This document shows positions 1-10,193 of a stretch of 55,529 nucleotides of DNA, in pieces (positions within the stretch are counted from its first letter, which is position 1; every line of letters starts with the position of its first letter). Made by a program: the position numbers and the translations under genes. The notes under the pieces are model-generated. The model made no database searches. It was given only the letters and a program-made list of their open reading frames with translations, and was not told where the DNA came from. This stretch comes from a virus (Duplodnaviria; Caudoviricetes): the IMG/VR virus record IMGVR_UViG_3300034104_002925, positions 1 through 55,529 of that record. One strand, written 5' to 3'.

Positions 1-1
1 G

Positions 2-784
2 GGTTCTACTGGAAGTTCAGGAACATCAGGAACATCAGGTTCATCTGGTTCTACTGGAAGTTCAGGAACATCAGGAACATCAGGTTCATCTGGTTCTACT
101 GGAAGTTCAGGAACATCTGGCTCATCTGGAACGAGTGGAACAGGATTCAACACGATAAATAACGCTGGTAATTTCCGTGTACTACTATCAGATGGTACAA
201 CAAATGCGGCAACCGCCTCGTCGAATCTAACCATCAATGGCACGGTTCTAGCTTTCACAGGTTCCGCCACAATCTCAAGTTCTGCCAACTCACAACTCAC
301 ACTTATTGGTTCAGGTTCATCTAACCCAATCTTCAAGGTACAAGGTTCTCTTGGTGAATTGTTTGCGGTAACGGACTCAATGTCAGGTTCTCTTTTCTCC
401 GTCAATGATATTTCAGGTCTTCCAATACTTGAAGTATTCTCGGATAACAGAATCTTGCTGGGTGATATACAAGCTCCATCACTTTATACAACAAAGAGAA
501 ACTCACTTTCAACGGGTGTAACAACACTTTATAGTTTACCGACGGGTTCTTACAATAGTATTCATGTTGAGTATAACTGTGTGAGTGCTTCCAACGGAAG
601 AGCCGGTATGTTTACTGCCTTTTGGATTGGTAGTACACTTCAGTTCAATGAGTTTACCACCGTTGATGTTGGAAGTACAACGAACTTGACTCTTTCAGGT
701 AGTATATCAGGTGGAAACTTCAACTTACAAGCTTCTGCTTCAAGTGCGTCATGGGTACTAAAGACAATTATTAGAGGTGTGTAA
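2..784 (+). CDS. 5'-truncated collagen-like (Gly-X-Y, Ser/Thr-rich) fibre/tail protein
   Basis: The frame is open from base 2 (GSTGSSGTSGTSGSS...GTSGTGFNTINNAG...) and runs into the 359..784 ORF. The repeat-exit sequence GFNTINNA is shared with the 4447..6495 protein. Confidence 0.8.
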   Translation, partial: GSTGSSGTSGTSGSSGSTGSSGTSGTSGSSGSTGSSGTSGSSGTSGTGFNTINNAGNFRVLLSDGTTNAATASSNLTINGTVLAFTGSATISSSANSQLTLIGSGSSNPIFKVQGSLGELFAVTDSMSGSLFSVNDISGLPILEVFSDNRILLGDIQAPSLYTTKRNSLSTGVTTLYSLPTGSYNSIHVEYNCVSASNGRAGMFTAFWIGSTLQFNEFTTVDVGSTTNLTLSGSISGGNFNLQASASSASWVLKTIIRGV

Positions 785-1494
785 TGGCTTTTAGCTTTCA
801 ACCAAAGGTTATATCGGATGGATTAGTTCTGTGTATTGATGCTGGAAACACAAAGTCATATCCTAGTTCTGGTACGGTATGGACGGATTTGAGTAGAACT
901 CAAGTAACAGGTAGTTTGACAAATGGACCCGCATACAATACATCAAACGGTGGTAGTATTATTTTTGATGGTAGTAACGATTATGTAACTTTTGGAAATC
1001 CATCTAATCTTGGATTCGAAAAAACAAATCCATTTTCAATCAGTATATGGTTGAATCATACTAGTTCGGTCGCTTCCAACATAATTTCAAAACAACTCAA
1101 TATATCTCCGTTTACAGGATGGGGTATGGGTTTGAATGCAACTGGAACTAGATTACAATCTTACATCTATTCTTCCAACGGTAGAATAGTAGATTTTCCA
1201 TCATCATATAATGACGGTAATTGGTATAATGTATGTACAACATACGACGGTTCAGATACAATTGCTGGTCTGAAGATTTATGTAAATGGTGTTCAAGCTA
1301 GTGGTTCTACTATATTAAATTCATCCCCATCTACGATTACTTCAAGTGCGGATTTTCAAATAAGTGGGCGCGGTGGTGCAAATAATATTTGGGGAGGGCG
1401 TGTTGCTTCTGCAAACATTTACAACCGTGCCCTATCCGCCACAGAAATCCTACAAAACTACAACGCCCTAAAAGGTCGATTCGGTCTAACATAA
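784..1494 (+). CDS. LamG/concanavalin A-like lectin domain virion protein
   Basis: GLVLCIDAGN...FDGSNDYV...FSISIW...WYNVCTTYDG...KIYVNG...IYNRALSATEI pattern; TAATG stop/start overlap. Confidence 0.8.
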   Translation: MAFSFQPKVISDGLVLCIDAGNTKSYPSSGTVWTDLSRTQVTGSLTNGPAYNTSNGGSIIFDGSNDYVTFGNPSNLGFEKTNPFSISIWLNHTSSVASNIISKQLNISPFTGWGMGLNATGTRLQSYIYSSNGRIVDFPSSYNDGNWYNVCTTYDGSDTIAGLKIYVNGVQASGSTILNSSPSTITSSADFQISGRGGANNIWGGRVASANIYNRALSATEILQNYNALKGRFGLT

Positions 1495-1512
1495 ACTATT
1501 AGGAAATTGAGT

Positions 1513-1767
1513 ATGAAACTAACAGACATATTACAAGAACAATGGTCAACCTACGTCGGTATTCTAACCGAAGAACAAAAGGATTCCATAGTCGGTCAAC
1601 AATTTACTACCGATAGTTTCTTCAATCCTATTCAGGATAAGTGGGATAATTGGATTATCTCGGTAGAAGAAATGGCTTATTGTACAAATCCTTCCTTCTT
1701 ATGGGTAAAAGACCTTGACCTTATTCCTTACGAACGAAAAGAATATCCATCACCATTCGGAATATAA
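1513..1767 (+). CDS. hypothetical protein with MKLTDILQE N-terminal leader
   Basis: ATG at 1513, in operon context. Confidence 0.7.
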   Translation: MKLTDILQEQWSTYVGILTEEQKDSIVGQQFTTDSFFNPIQDKWDNWIISVEEMAYCTNPSFLWVKDLDLIPYERKEYPSPFGI

Positions 1768-1784
1768 AAACGGAGGTACACTAA

Positions 1785-2039
1785 ATGCAAGAAAGAACAT
1801 TCCTTATTATACCCGTCTCGGAATTGAGTAAAGTAGATTTTACACAAGTCCTAGAAACATCACCTGATACAGTTCGTCGTTCAGTTGACGGAACAAAAAC
1901 GTTCATCAAGTGGGAAGGGGAAACACCCCTTTTCATCAGTGAAATCGTTGGTTCTGAAGGGCCATACACGTATGGTGAGATATTAGAGATACTATCAACA
2001 CCTGAATGGACTAATCCAAATCCGTTTGGTGTGGGGTAA
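1785..2039 (+). CDS. hypothetical protein (tail-fibre module)
   Basis: GGAGG SD upstream; tight packing with neighbours. Confidence 0.75.
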   Translation: MQERTFLIIPVSELSKVDFTQVLETSPDTVRRSVDGTKTFIKWEGETPLFISEIVGSEGPYTYGEILEILSTPEWTNPNPFGVG

Positions 2040-2042
2040 GAT

Positions 2043-2825
2043 ATGTCAGGTAATGTGGGTAAAATGAATGACCCAGATGCAAGTTTATTCATTCAAGTAT
2101 CTGAAATAACAGGTTCTACTCAACGTGGTGCCATCGTTGACCTTATAAAAGATTTGAAATCAAATGGTCTATGGTCAAAGATGAAAGCTATTTATCCGTT
2201 CGTAGGTGGAACTGCTGCAAGTCATAAATGGAATCTAAAAGACCCAAGAGATGTAGATGCTGCATTTAGATTGACATTTAGTGGCGGTTGGACTCATAGT
2301 TCTAATGGTGCATTGCCAAATGGAACGAATGGTTTCTCGAATACATATTTTGCACCATCAAGTGTTTCCACTTTGAATTCAAATTCTCTCGGATATTATA
2401 CAGGAACAAACGTTTCGGAAACAACGGCAGACCCAGTAAATATGGGTTCATATAACAGTGAAAGTCAGGCGTATTTAGTAAGAAAATCAAATACATCATA
2501 CAGTGCTCGTATGAATGGTAATATTTTTAGCTATAATTCAAACTCTATGAATGGATTTATTGTTGCATCAAAACAATCATCTACTGTTAGTGTTATATAT
2601 TCAAATAGTATATCTCTTGTTAGTGGTAATAGTGGTGGCACATTACCAACAGCAAATATCTATATTGGAAATTTAAATTTAAGTTCCGCAGGCGCATACC
2701 CAGACGGTTGGGTAAAAAATGATTTTAGATTTGCGTTTATAGGAGACGGCCTCACCGATGCCGATGTTGCTAATCTCTACACAATAGTCCAAAAATATCA
2801 AACAACATTAGGAAGACAAGTATAA
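2043..2825 (+). CDS. putative virion adhesin/lectin-like protein; paralogue of the C-terminal half of 2851..4368
   Basis: DPDASLF...WSKMKAIYPFVGGTA..HKWNLKDPRD...YQTTLGRQV is shared with the next gene. Confidence 0.75.
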   Translation: MSGNVGKMNDPDASLFIQVSEITGSTQRGAIVDLIKDLKSNGLWSKMKAIYPFVGGTAASHKWNLKDPRDVDAAFRLTFSGGWTHSSNGALPNGTNGFSNTYFAPSSVSTLNSNSLGYYTGTNVSETTADPVNMGSYNSESQAYLVRKSNTSYSARMNGNIFSYNSNSMNGFIVASKQSSTVSVIYSNSISLVSGNSGGTLPTANIYIGNLNLSSAGAYPDGWVKNDFRFAFIGDGLTDADVANLYTIVQKYQTTLGRQV

Positions 2826-4368
2826 TGTCTAACAACTCGGAGTATAATGAATGGCAACAGGAACAACACAGACGATTACAAATGGGTTGATATTTTATGT
2901 GGATGCTGCAAACACAAAGTCATATCCTGGCTCTGGGACAAACACAACAAATCTCGGAAGAAATACAAGTACGGCCAGTTTAGTAAATGGAGTTGCATAC
3001 ACGTCATCTTATGGTGGTTCATTTGTGTTTGACGGTACAAATGACTACATATCCTGTGGTGATACTAATTTTCAATTAGCTGGAAATTCATTATCTCTTG
3101 AGGTCTCATTTTATCACGATGGCAACGATAAAGCAAATGTTCCAATAATTATGAAAAGAAATACGGGTTCACCATTCAATCAATTTTCTTTTAGCATAAG
3201 TAACGGTAATTTGTACACAGGTGGAACCGGTAAAGTTCTAACTATGTTTCTTCGTCCTGATGACAGTGCAAACTCCGGCCCACCAGATCCAAAAGATAGG
3301 GGGTGTGCATACACTCTACCCTCGGCTGGTGTGTACCACGTTATTGGTGTAAACGATAGTGCAAGCGCAAGATTATTTGTAAATGGTGTTTTAGTAGCAA
3401 CAACAACTTCTTCACAAACACCAAACAATTTTACTATTAGTGGATATGATTTTAGAATCGGTAATAACAACGCATCCTCGTATTACACGGGCAGTCTTCA
3501 GTTTGTAAAACTCTACAATCGAGCACTATCCGCCGATGAAGTCCTACAAAACTACGAATCAACTCGTGAAAGATTCAACTTGAGTGGAATTGCAATAGAC
3601 CCCGATGCCTCTCTATTCCTACGAACCGCTGGTATAACAGATACCACACAACAATCTGCAATAGACACTCTTGTGTTGGAACTGAAAAATGCCGGTATAT
3701 GGTCAAAGATGAAGGCAATTTATCCCTTCGTTGGTGGAACGGCAGCAACTCACAAATGGAATCTGAAAGACCCACGCGATGCGGATGCTGCATTTAGATT
3801 GACATTTAGTGGTGGGTGGACTCATTCAAGTACTGGGGCGCTGCCTAACGGGACGAATGCGTATGCAGATACGTTCCTGCGAATCGCCGATAACTACTCG
3901 ACAAGGTTCATGTCGATATCGTATTATGCTCGGACGGATTCAAACATCACCTACACGTCAAACGGCCTGATGGGTGCGTTTAAAAATTCAAACATGTTCG
4001 CCTACCTTCTACCGGGCGAGACCCTTTTGCATTACAATCTCAATAGCTCGACGGTGGCTACGGCGTTCAGTACGAATGAAAAGGGCCATTGGATTGGGTC
4101 GCGTGAAAGCAACACATCGCTCAAAGTTTACAAGAACGCCACGACTCACGCGACGGCAACAGGCGATGCTTCGACGTCCAACCTTACTGGTTTTTCATCG
4201 AAAATATTTCTTGGCGCACTATCTAATAGCAGTGACACGGCAGCGTATGCTTTCACAGATTGCGGATGCGCCTTTGCCACCATCGGCGACGGCCTCACCG
4301 ATGCCGAAGCTACCAACCTCTACACAATAGTGCAAAAATATCAAACAACATTAGGAAGACAAGTATAA
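2170..4368 (+). repeat. paired direct repeats flanking variable cores (2170-2297 ~ 3698-3825; 2745-2825 ~ 4288-4368)
   Basis: Highly similar nucleotide blocks of equal length in the two paralogues, with divergent sequence between them. Confidence 0.85.
2851..4368 (+). CDS. two-domain virion protein: N-terminal LamG-like lectin plus the KMKAIYPFVGG domain
   Basis: N-half resembles 784..1494 and C-half resembles 2043..2825; GGAG SD. Confidence 0.8.
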   Translation: MATGTTQTITNGLIFYVDAANTKSYPGSGTNTTNLGRNTSTASLVNGVAYTSSYGGSFVFDGTNDYISCGDTNFQLAGNSLSLEVSFYHDGNDKANVPIIMKRNTGSPFNQFSFSISNGNLYTGGTGKVLTMFLRPDDSANSGPPDPKDRGCAYTLPSAGVYHVIGVNDSASARLFVNGVLVATTTSSQTPNNFTISGYDFRIGNNNASSYYTGSLQFVKLYNRALSADEVLQNYESTRERFNLSGIAIDPDASLFLRTAGITDTTQQSAIDTLVLELKNAGIWSKMKAIYPFVGGTAATHKWNLKDPRDADAAFRLTFSGGWTHSSTGALPNGTNAYADTFLRIADNYSTRFMSISYYARTDSNITYTSNGLMGAFKNSNMFAYLLPGETLLHYNLNSSTVATAFSTNEKGHWIGSRESNTSLKVYKNATTHATATGDASTSNLTGFSSKIFLGALSNSSDTAAYAFTDCGCAFATIGDGLTDAEATNLYTIVQKYQTTLGRQV

Positions 4369-4388
4369 CATAATTCCGTCGGTATCTT

Positions 4389-4396
4389 ATATTTAT
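4389..4396 (+). promoter_or_regulatory. putative late promoter ATATTTAT
   Basis: Recurrent intergenic motif; about 50 nt upstream of the ATG at 4447. Confidence 0.7.
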
Positions 4397-4417
4397 ATCT
4401 ATACACAAAACTACACC

Positions 4418-4446
4418 ACTAATCTTGGATAGGGAAAAGATATAGT
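4418..4446 (+). promoter_or_regulatory. stem-loop abutting the start codon (possible translational operator)
   Basis: ACTA-ATCTT / GGATAGGGAA loop / AAGAT-A-TAGT, immediately followed by ATG. Confidence 0.4.
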
Positions 4447-6495
4447 ATGCCATCGGAATTTGTAATTAAGAATGGTTTCTTTTCACAAGGAAACTCAAAC
4501 GTCACCGGTTCATTTACCGTAACAAGCGGAAGCTCGGTAGAACTCCAAGTTTCTAACACAGGAGTTACTCTTGGTAATATATCAACCGACGTACATCGTG
4601 CAACTGGTTCACTTCTTGTAACTGGTTCAATGACGGTAACTGGAACAGAAATTGTAACTGGAGACCTTACCGTTCAAGGTAATCTAATAGCACAAACTTT
4701 TATCGTTTCATCTTCGGTGTCTTACTTTACACAAAGTTTTTCATCGGGTTCAACGAGATTTGGCGATACTATAACTGACACACATCAATTTACAGGTTCG
4801 GTATCTGTAACTGGTTCTCTTCAAATTCCAAGAGCTGCAACTGCACCATCTCCAATTCTTGGTGCAATATATTACAACACAGGTGATAACAACCTTTATC
4901 GTTCTGACGGAGCAACATGGGTTGCTGGAGCCGGTTCATCGGGAACATCAGGACAATCGGGCTCTTCAGGGACATCAGGTTCATCTGGAGCTGCTGGTTC
5001 ATCTGGAACTTCTGGTTCTTCAGGTTCATCTGGAGCTGCTGGTTCATCTGGAACTTCTGGTTCTTCAGGTTCATCTGGAGCTGCTGGTGCCGCTGGAGCC
5101 GCTGGTTCATCGGGAACATCAGGTTCATCCGGTTCATCTGGAGCTGCTGGTGCCGCTGGTTCATCAGGAACTTCTGGTTCATCCGGTTCATCTGGAGCCG
5201 CTGGAGCCGCTGGAGCCGCTGGTTCATCGGGTTCAACTGGATCATCAGGAACATCTGGAACTCGTGGTTCATCCGGAACATCAGGAACTTCTGGTTCATC
5301 CGGTTCATCTGGAGCTGCTGGAGCCGCTGGTTCATCAGGAACTTCTGGTTCATCCGGTTCATCTGGAGCCGCTGGAGCCGCTGGAGCCGCTGGTTCATCG
5401 GGTTCAACTGGATCATCAGGAACATCTGGAACTCGTGGTTCATCCGGAACATCAGGAACTTCTGGTTCATCCGGTTCATCTGGAGCTGCTGGAGCCGCTG
5501 GTTCATCAGGAACTTCTGGTTCATCCGGTTCATCTGGAGCTGCTGGAGCCGCTGGTTCATCAGGAACTTCTGGTTCATCCGGTTCATCTGGAGCTGCTGG
5601 AGCCACTGGTTCATCAGGAACTTCTGGTTCATCCGGTTCATCTGGAGCTGCTGGAGCCGCTGGTTCATCAGGAACATCAGGAACTGGATTCAACACAATA
5701 AATAATGCAAGTGGTAGTCGTCTAACAATAAGTGACGGTTCTAATAATGCTGTAACAGCTTCAGCAAATTTAACATTTGCCGGTAATATCCTTACAGTTT
5801 CATCTAGCACTGCAACTACAAATGCCTCGGTACGAAATCTAAATATCATAAATAACACCACCGGAACTGCAACACAAAGTCTCGGTGTTGGTATTGAATT
5901 TGAATCAGAAACAAGTACAACAGAAAATACAACCGTCGGTTTCCTTGATTATGTATGGACAACACATACAAATGGAAGTGAATGGGGACAGACTGAAATA
6001 GTCTTGAAAGATACAGGAACTTCTGTTCGTTCTCATATGTTTGCACCGGGTGTCATCGGTGGATTCAACGGTGGACTTATAGCAGCAACACCACAACTCG
6101 GTGACTTTACAGGTGCTTATCCAGAATATCGAGTATATGCATCGGGTAGTACAACAGACGGAACCCAAACAACACTTCAATTTAATGTTTGGAATAACCC
6201 GGCCGGCCTTGCTGTTCCAAATGATACAACTTGGATGTTTACTTCGTATATTGTGGCAAGAAGACAAGATGCTGATAATGAAAGTGCGGCCTATTGGTTA
6301 CAAGGTGCTATTGATAATAATGCAGGAACGGTTGCACTTGTAGGTGCTGTCAATCAAACCGCCATAGAAGATACAGTTGCTTGGAACGCAACAGCAGTTG
6401 CTCTTGGTAGTAGATTAGTCTTACGAGTAACAGGTGAAGCTGCAAAAACAATTTATTGGAATGCGGTAACCCATATCGTTCAAGTTAGTGGATAA
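4447..6495 (+). CDS. collagen-like tail/capsid fibre protein
   Basis: N-terminal VTGS-type beta repeats, central Gly-X-Y tract, C-terminal globular domain. Confidence 0.8.
   Translation: MPSEFVIKNGFFSQGNSNVTGSFTVTSGSSVELQVSNTGVTLGNISTDVHRATGSLLVTGSMTVTGTEIVTGDLTVQGNLIAQTFIVSSSVSYFTQSFSSGSTRFGDTITDTHQFTGSVSVTGSLQIPRAATAPSPILGAIYYNTGDNNLYRSDGATWVAGAGSSGTSGQSGSSGTSGSSGAAGSSGTSGSSGSSGAAGSSGTSGSSGSSGAAGAAGAAGSSGTSGSSGSSGAAGAAGSSGTSGSSGSSGAAGAAGAAGSSGSTGSSGTSGTRGSSGTSGTSGSSGSSGAAGAAGSSGTSGSSGSSGAAGAAGAAGSSGSTGSSGTSGTRGSSGTSGTSGSSGSSGAAGAAGSSGTSGSSGSSGAAGAAGSSGTSGSSGSSGAAGATGSSGTSGSSGSSGAAGAAGSSGTSGTGFNTINNASGSRLTISDGSNNAVTASANLTFAGNILTVSSSTATTNASVRNLNIINNTTGTATQSLGVGIEFESETSTTENTTVGFLDYVWTTHTNGSEWGQTEIVLKDTGTSVRSHMFAPGVIGGFNGGLIAATPQLGDFTGAYPEYRVYASGSTTDGTQTTLQFNVWNNPAGLAVPNDTTWMFTSYIVARRQDADNESAAYWLQGAIDNNAGTVALVGAVNQTAIEDTVAWNATAVALGSRLVLRVTGEAAKTIYWNAVTHIVQVSG
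4933..5688 (+). repeat. 84 uninterrupted Gly-X-Y triplets (GSS/GTS/GAA), including a 171-nt internal duplication
   Basis: 9-nt periodic coding repeat; the block starting at 5221 recurs at 5392. Confidence 0.9.
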
Positions 6496-6506
6496 GGAGT
6501 AACATA

Positions 6507-6872
6507 ATGTCAAATTGGTCAAGAGATTCATACGGCGTAAGAAACCTTTCAGAAGTAAGTGCGAGTGCTGCAATTAGTGATGGTACACTCACATTAGATT
6601 TGAGTGCCGCTGGTATTTTTTACGTCAATTTAAATGCAAATGTAACTACCTTGACAATATCAAATACTCAAACAATCGGTGCAAGTGCTTTTATATTGAT
6701 ATTTATTGCTGATGGAACACCTCGTTCAGTCACATGGGGTGCAAGTATTTTATGGCCAGGTGGAACTGCACCAACACTTACTTCAACAAACGGTAAAGAT
6801 GATATATTTTCATTTGTAACGATAGACGGTGGTACAACTTGGTATGGATTTAACGGAGGTCAGAATTTATAA
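6507..6872 (+). CDS. small tail-fibre-associated beta-sandwich protein
   Basis: TLDLSAAG.F...VTWGASILWPGGTAPTLTST.GKDDIFSF.T.DGGTTWYG pattern typical of phage fibre modules; AAGGAG SD. Confidence 0.7.
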   Translation: MSNWSRDSYGVRNLSEVSASAAISDGTLTLDLSAAGIFYVNLNANVTTLTISNTQTIGASAFILIFIADGTPRSVTWGASILWPGGTAPTLTSTNGKDDIFSFVTIDGGTTWYGFNGGQNL

Positions 6873-6875
6873 GTT

Positions 6876-9800
6876 ATGCCTTTTATTAAAAACATAGTAG
6901 TACAGAAAACAAAGACACCGGCGGCACCAGTTATACAATATTCAATTTGGGGTTGGGGTGACGGTACTCTTGGTCAAACGGATAATGATATACTTACTTA
7001 CGTTCCATATCCGGTAGATGCTGGAACAACATGGGTGAGTGGGAGTGGTGGTGGCTCACATACGATTGCAATAAAATCGGATGGAACTCTATGGGGATGG
7101 GGTGGTAACTCGAATGGTCAAATAGGTGACCGTAGTGTTATAAATCGAAGTTCTCCTGTTCAAATTGGAACTCTAACAAACTGGGCATCTGTTTCTGCCG
7201 GTTCCTTGTGCAGTAATGCAATAAAAACAGATGGAACACTTTGGTCATGGGGTGTTAATACAAACGGACAATTAGGTGATGGTACTGTCATAGATAGAAG
7301 TTCTCCTGTTCAAATTGGAACCCTAACAAATTGGTCACAGATTTCAACAGGAGGGGCGCACTCTTTGGCTATAAAAACAGACGGAACACTTTGGGCATGG
7401 GGAGCAGGAACATTTGGTCAATTAGGTGATGGTGCCGCACTAAGTAGAAGTTCACCCGTTCAAATCGGAACTCTAACAAACTGGTCAATAATTTCTCCTG
7501 GTTCTAATCATTCGATGGCCATATCAACAAGTGGAAATATTTGGACATGGGGACTTGGTACATCTGGTCAATTAGGTGATAACACCATAGTGTCTAAGTC
7601 ATCACCCATTCTAATAAGTGGTGGGTGGTCAAAAGTTTCCGCTGGTAGTAATCATTCCTTGGCAGTAAAAACAAATGGAACACTTTGGGCATGGGGAGTA
7701 GGATCATCTGGTCAATTAGGCACCGGTAATACTATAAATAGAAGTTCACCCGTTCAAATAGGAACACTTACAAATTGGTCAATAATTTCTGCTGCTCGCG
7801 ATTCCAATCATAATTTATCAGTAAAAACAGATGGAACACTTTGGTCTTGGGGAAGTAACACCTCCGGCCGATTAGGCGATGGCACCACCAGTAATAGAAG
7901 TTCACCCGTTCAAATAGGAACACTTACAAATTGGTCAATAATTTCTGCTGGTTCCAATCATAATTTATCAGTAAAAACAGACGGAACACTATACGCTTGG
8001 GGACTTGCATCATCAGGACAACTTGGATATACAATGCAACGTTCCTCACCTGTTCAAATTGGTAATCTTACAAATTGGGCATCTGGTTCTGTTGGAAATC
8101 TTTATACCTCCGCCATAAAAACAGATGGAACACTTTGGGCATGGGGCGATAATCCGGCTGGTCAACTTGGTGACGGTACTGTTATCTCAAGGTCTTCACC
8201 CATTCAAATAGGTACCCTTACAAATTGGTCAAAAGTCTCTGCCAATACATCATACGTGATGGCAATAAAAACTGATGGAACACTTTGGGGATGGGGATTA
8301 AATGACAGTGGTCAACTTGGCGACGGGACTGTAATTTCTAGGTCTTCACCTGTTCAAATAGGAACACTTACAAACTGGTCAAAATTGGGTTCAGGACATG
8401 GTGTATCACACACAGTGGCTATAAAAACAAATGGTCAACTTTGGGCATGGGGATTAAATAACAGTGGTCAACTCGGTGACGGTACTACCACTAATAGGTC
8501 TTCACCTGTTCAAATCGGAACTGACACAAACTGGTCAAACATTTCCGCTGGTAGCTCATATTCAATGGCAGTAAAAACTGATGGAACTCTATGGGGATGG
8601 GGTATAAATACATCTGGTCAAATTGGAATTGGAAATGTAACTAATAGGTCTTCCCCTGTTCAAATTGGAACAGATACAGACTGGTCATCTGTTGCTGGTG
8701 GGTTTGGTGGTCACACGATGTCAATAAAAACAAATGGAACCCTTTGGTCATGGGGTTTTGGAACGAGTGGTCAGTTAGGATTACAAGCAACTACTCCATC
8801 ATGGAATATTGATAGAGGGACGAACTGGTCAAGAGTTGCAGCTGGTACAACCTTTATGGTCGGTATAAAAACAAATGGAACACTTTGGTCTTGGGGAAGT
8901 AACACCTCCGGCCGATTAGGCGATGGCACCACCAGTAATAGAAGTTCACCCGTTCAAATTGGAACTCTTACAAATTGGTCATCTGTTTCTTCGGCTTTTG
9001 CACATACAATAGCCATAAAAACAGATGGAACAATTTGGGGATGGGGACAAAATGCAACTGCTCAACTAGGAGATTACACATTCACCAATAGAAGTTCACC
9101 TGTTCAAATTGGAAACAACCAAAACGACTGGTCATCTGCTTTTGCTGGTACTAATCATTCCTTGGCAATAAAAACAAATGGTCAACTTTGGTCTTGGGGA
9201 AATAATGTAAATGGTAGATTGGGTAACGGTACTACTACTGATAGTAGTTTTCCTGTTCAAATTGGAACTGATACAGACTGGTCATCTGTTTCTTGTAGTA
9301 ATCACTCATTGGCCATAAAAACAAATGGAACTCTGTGGGCGTGGGGTATTGGGAATTCGGGTCAACTTGGTCAAAATAACACATTATCATACTCATCTCC
9401 AGTTCAAATCGGAACTGACACAAACTGGTCAAACATTTCCGCTGGTGGTAATCATACCTTGGCAGTAAAAACAACTGGAACACTTTGGGGATGGGGATTT
9501 AATACTAGTGGTCAACTAGGCGACGGGACTGTAATTTCTAGGTCTTCACCTGTTCAAATAGGAACACTTACAAACTGGCTAAGAGTTTCAGCTGGAGGTG
9601 GTACTGGTGGTACCTATACTTTGGCAATAAAAACCGATGGAACACTCTGGGGATGGGGATCTAATAGTGGTGGACAAATTGGTGATGGTACTTTGATAAA
9701 TAGAAGTTCACCTGTTCAAATAGGAACACTTACAAATTGGTCAATTTTTTCTGCTGGCGGAGCTAATTCAATATCTATAAAAACAGACGGGAGTTTACGT

Positions 9801-10100
9801 GTATGGGGTTCTGATAGTTCCGGTGAACTTGGAAGAGGATTTACAGGAGTTGTTTCTCGTTCATCACCTGTTCAAATTGGTGAAGACCAATGGTCATCGG
9901 TTTACGCCGGAAATTCAAATACAATGGCAATACGTTCAGACGGAACTCTTTGGGCATGGGGTACACATGCAGGGTCGTCTGGTCAACTTGGAGATGCAAC
10001 TGTACTTTCTCGTTCTGGTCCTGTTAAAATCGGTACATATTCTAAATGGAAACAAGTATCTGGTGGTTCATCCCATACCGTTGCTATTCGTGAAGAATAA
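6876..10100 (+). CDS. RCC1/BLIP-II repeat beta-propeller protein (21 repeats), probable receptor-binding/virion protein
   Basis: Repeats of [37 protein letters not shown]. Confidence 0.9.
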   Translation: MPFIKNIVVQKTKTPAAPVIQYSIWGWGDGTLGQTDNDILTYVPYPVDAGTTWVSGSGGGSHTIAIKSDGTLWGWGGNSNGQIGDRSVINRSSPVQIGTLTNWASVSAGSLCSNAIKTDGTLWSWGVNTNGQLGDGTVIDRSSPVQIGTLTNWSQISTGGAHSLAIKTDGTLWAWGAGTFGQLGDGAALSRSSPVQIGTLTNWSIISPGSNHSMAISTSGNIWTWGLGTSGQLGDNTIVSKSSPILISGGWSKVSAGSNHSLAVKTNGTLWAWGVGSSGQLGTGNTINRSSPVQIGTLTNWSIISAARDSNHNLSVKTDGTLWSWGSNTSGRLGDGTTSNRSSPVQIGTLTNWSIISAGSNHNLSVKTDGTLYAWGLASSGQLGYTMQRSSPVQIGNLTNWASGSVGNLYTSAIKTDGTLWAWGDNPAGQLGDGTVISRSSPIQIGTLTNWSKVSANTSYVMAIKTDGTLWGWGLNDSGQLGDGTVISRSSPVQIGTLTNWSKLGSGHGVSHTVAIKTNGQLWAWGLNNSGQLGDGTTTNRSSPVQIGTDTNWSNISAGSSYSMAVKTDGTLWGWGINTSGQIGIGNVTNRSSPVQIGTDTDWSSVAGGFGGHTMSIKTNGTLWSWGFGTSGQLGLQATTPSWNIDRGTNWSRVAAGTTFMVGIKTNGTLWSWGSNTSGRLGDGTTSNRSSPVQIGTLTNWSSVSSAFAHTIAIKTDGTIWGWGQNATAQLGDYTFTNRSSPVQIGNNQNDWSSAFAGTNHSLAIKTNGQLWSWGNNVNGRLGNGTTTDSSFPVQIGTDTDWSSVSCSNHSLAIKTNGTLWAWGIGNSGQLGQNNTLSYSSPVQIGTDTNWSNISAGGNHTLAVKTTGTLWGWGFNTSGQLGDGTVISRSSPVQIGTLTNWLRVSAGGGTGGTYTLAIKTDGTLWGWGSNSGGQIGDGTLINRSSPVQIGTLTNWSIFSAGGANSISIKTDGSLRVWGSDSSGELGRGFTGVVSRSSPVQIGEDQWSSVYAGNSNTMAIRSDGTLWAWGTHAGSSGQLGDATVLSRSGPVKIGTYSKWKQVSGGSSHTVAIREE

Positions 10101-10105
10101 TCTAC

Positions 10106-10134
10106 TTGGTATTTAAAAGAAAAATTACTATATT
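10106..10134 (+). promoter_or_regulatory. sigma70-like promoter TTGGTA-N17-TATATT upstream of the glycosyltransferase cassette
   Basis: 17-nt spacing in a 93-nt intergenic gap that lacks the TATTTAT motif. Confidence 0.45.
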
Positions 10135-10193
10135 CATACCATTCCATAGTTATAGTAATAAAAATGTTATGTTTAAGATAAAAGGTTGTGTAG

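Noticed and set aside
2170-4368. Possible DGR template/variable repeat pair
   Set aside because: Both copies are coding, mismatches are mostly synonymous and not adenine-specific, and there is no reverse transcriptase in the window
4790-5861. Long alternative-frame ORFs (295, 280, 321 and 262 aa) over the Gly-X-Y tract
   Set aside because: Shadow ORFs produced by a stop-free 9-nt repeat; no SD or promoter support
6876-10100. Regularly spaced ~150-nt repeats resembling a CRISPR array
   Set aside because: They are in-frame RCC1 coding repeats with synonymous variation; no constant repeat/unique spacer structure and no cas genes
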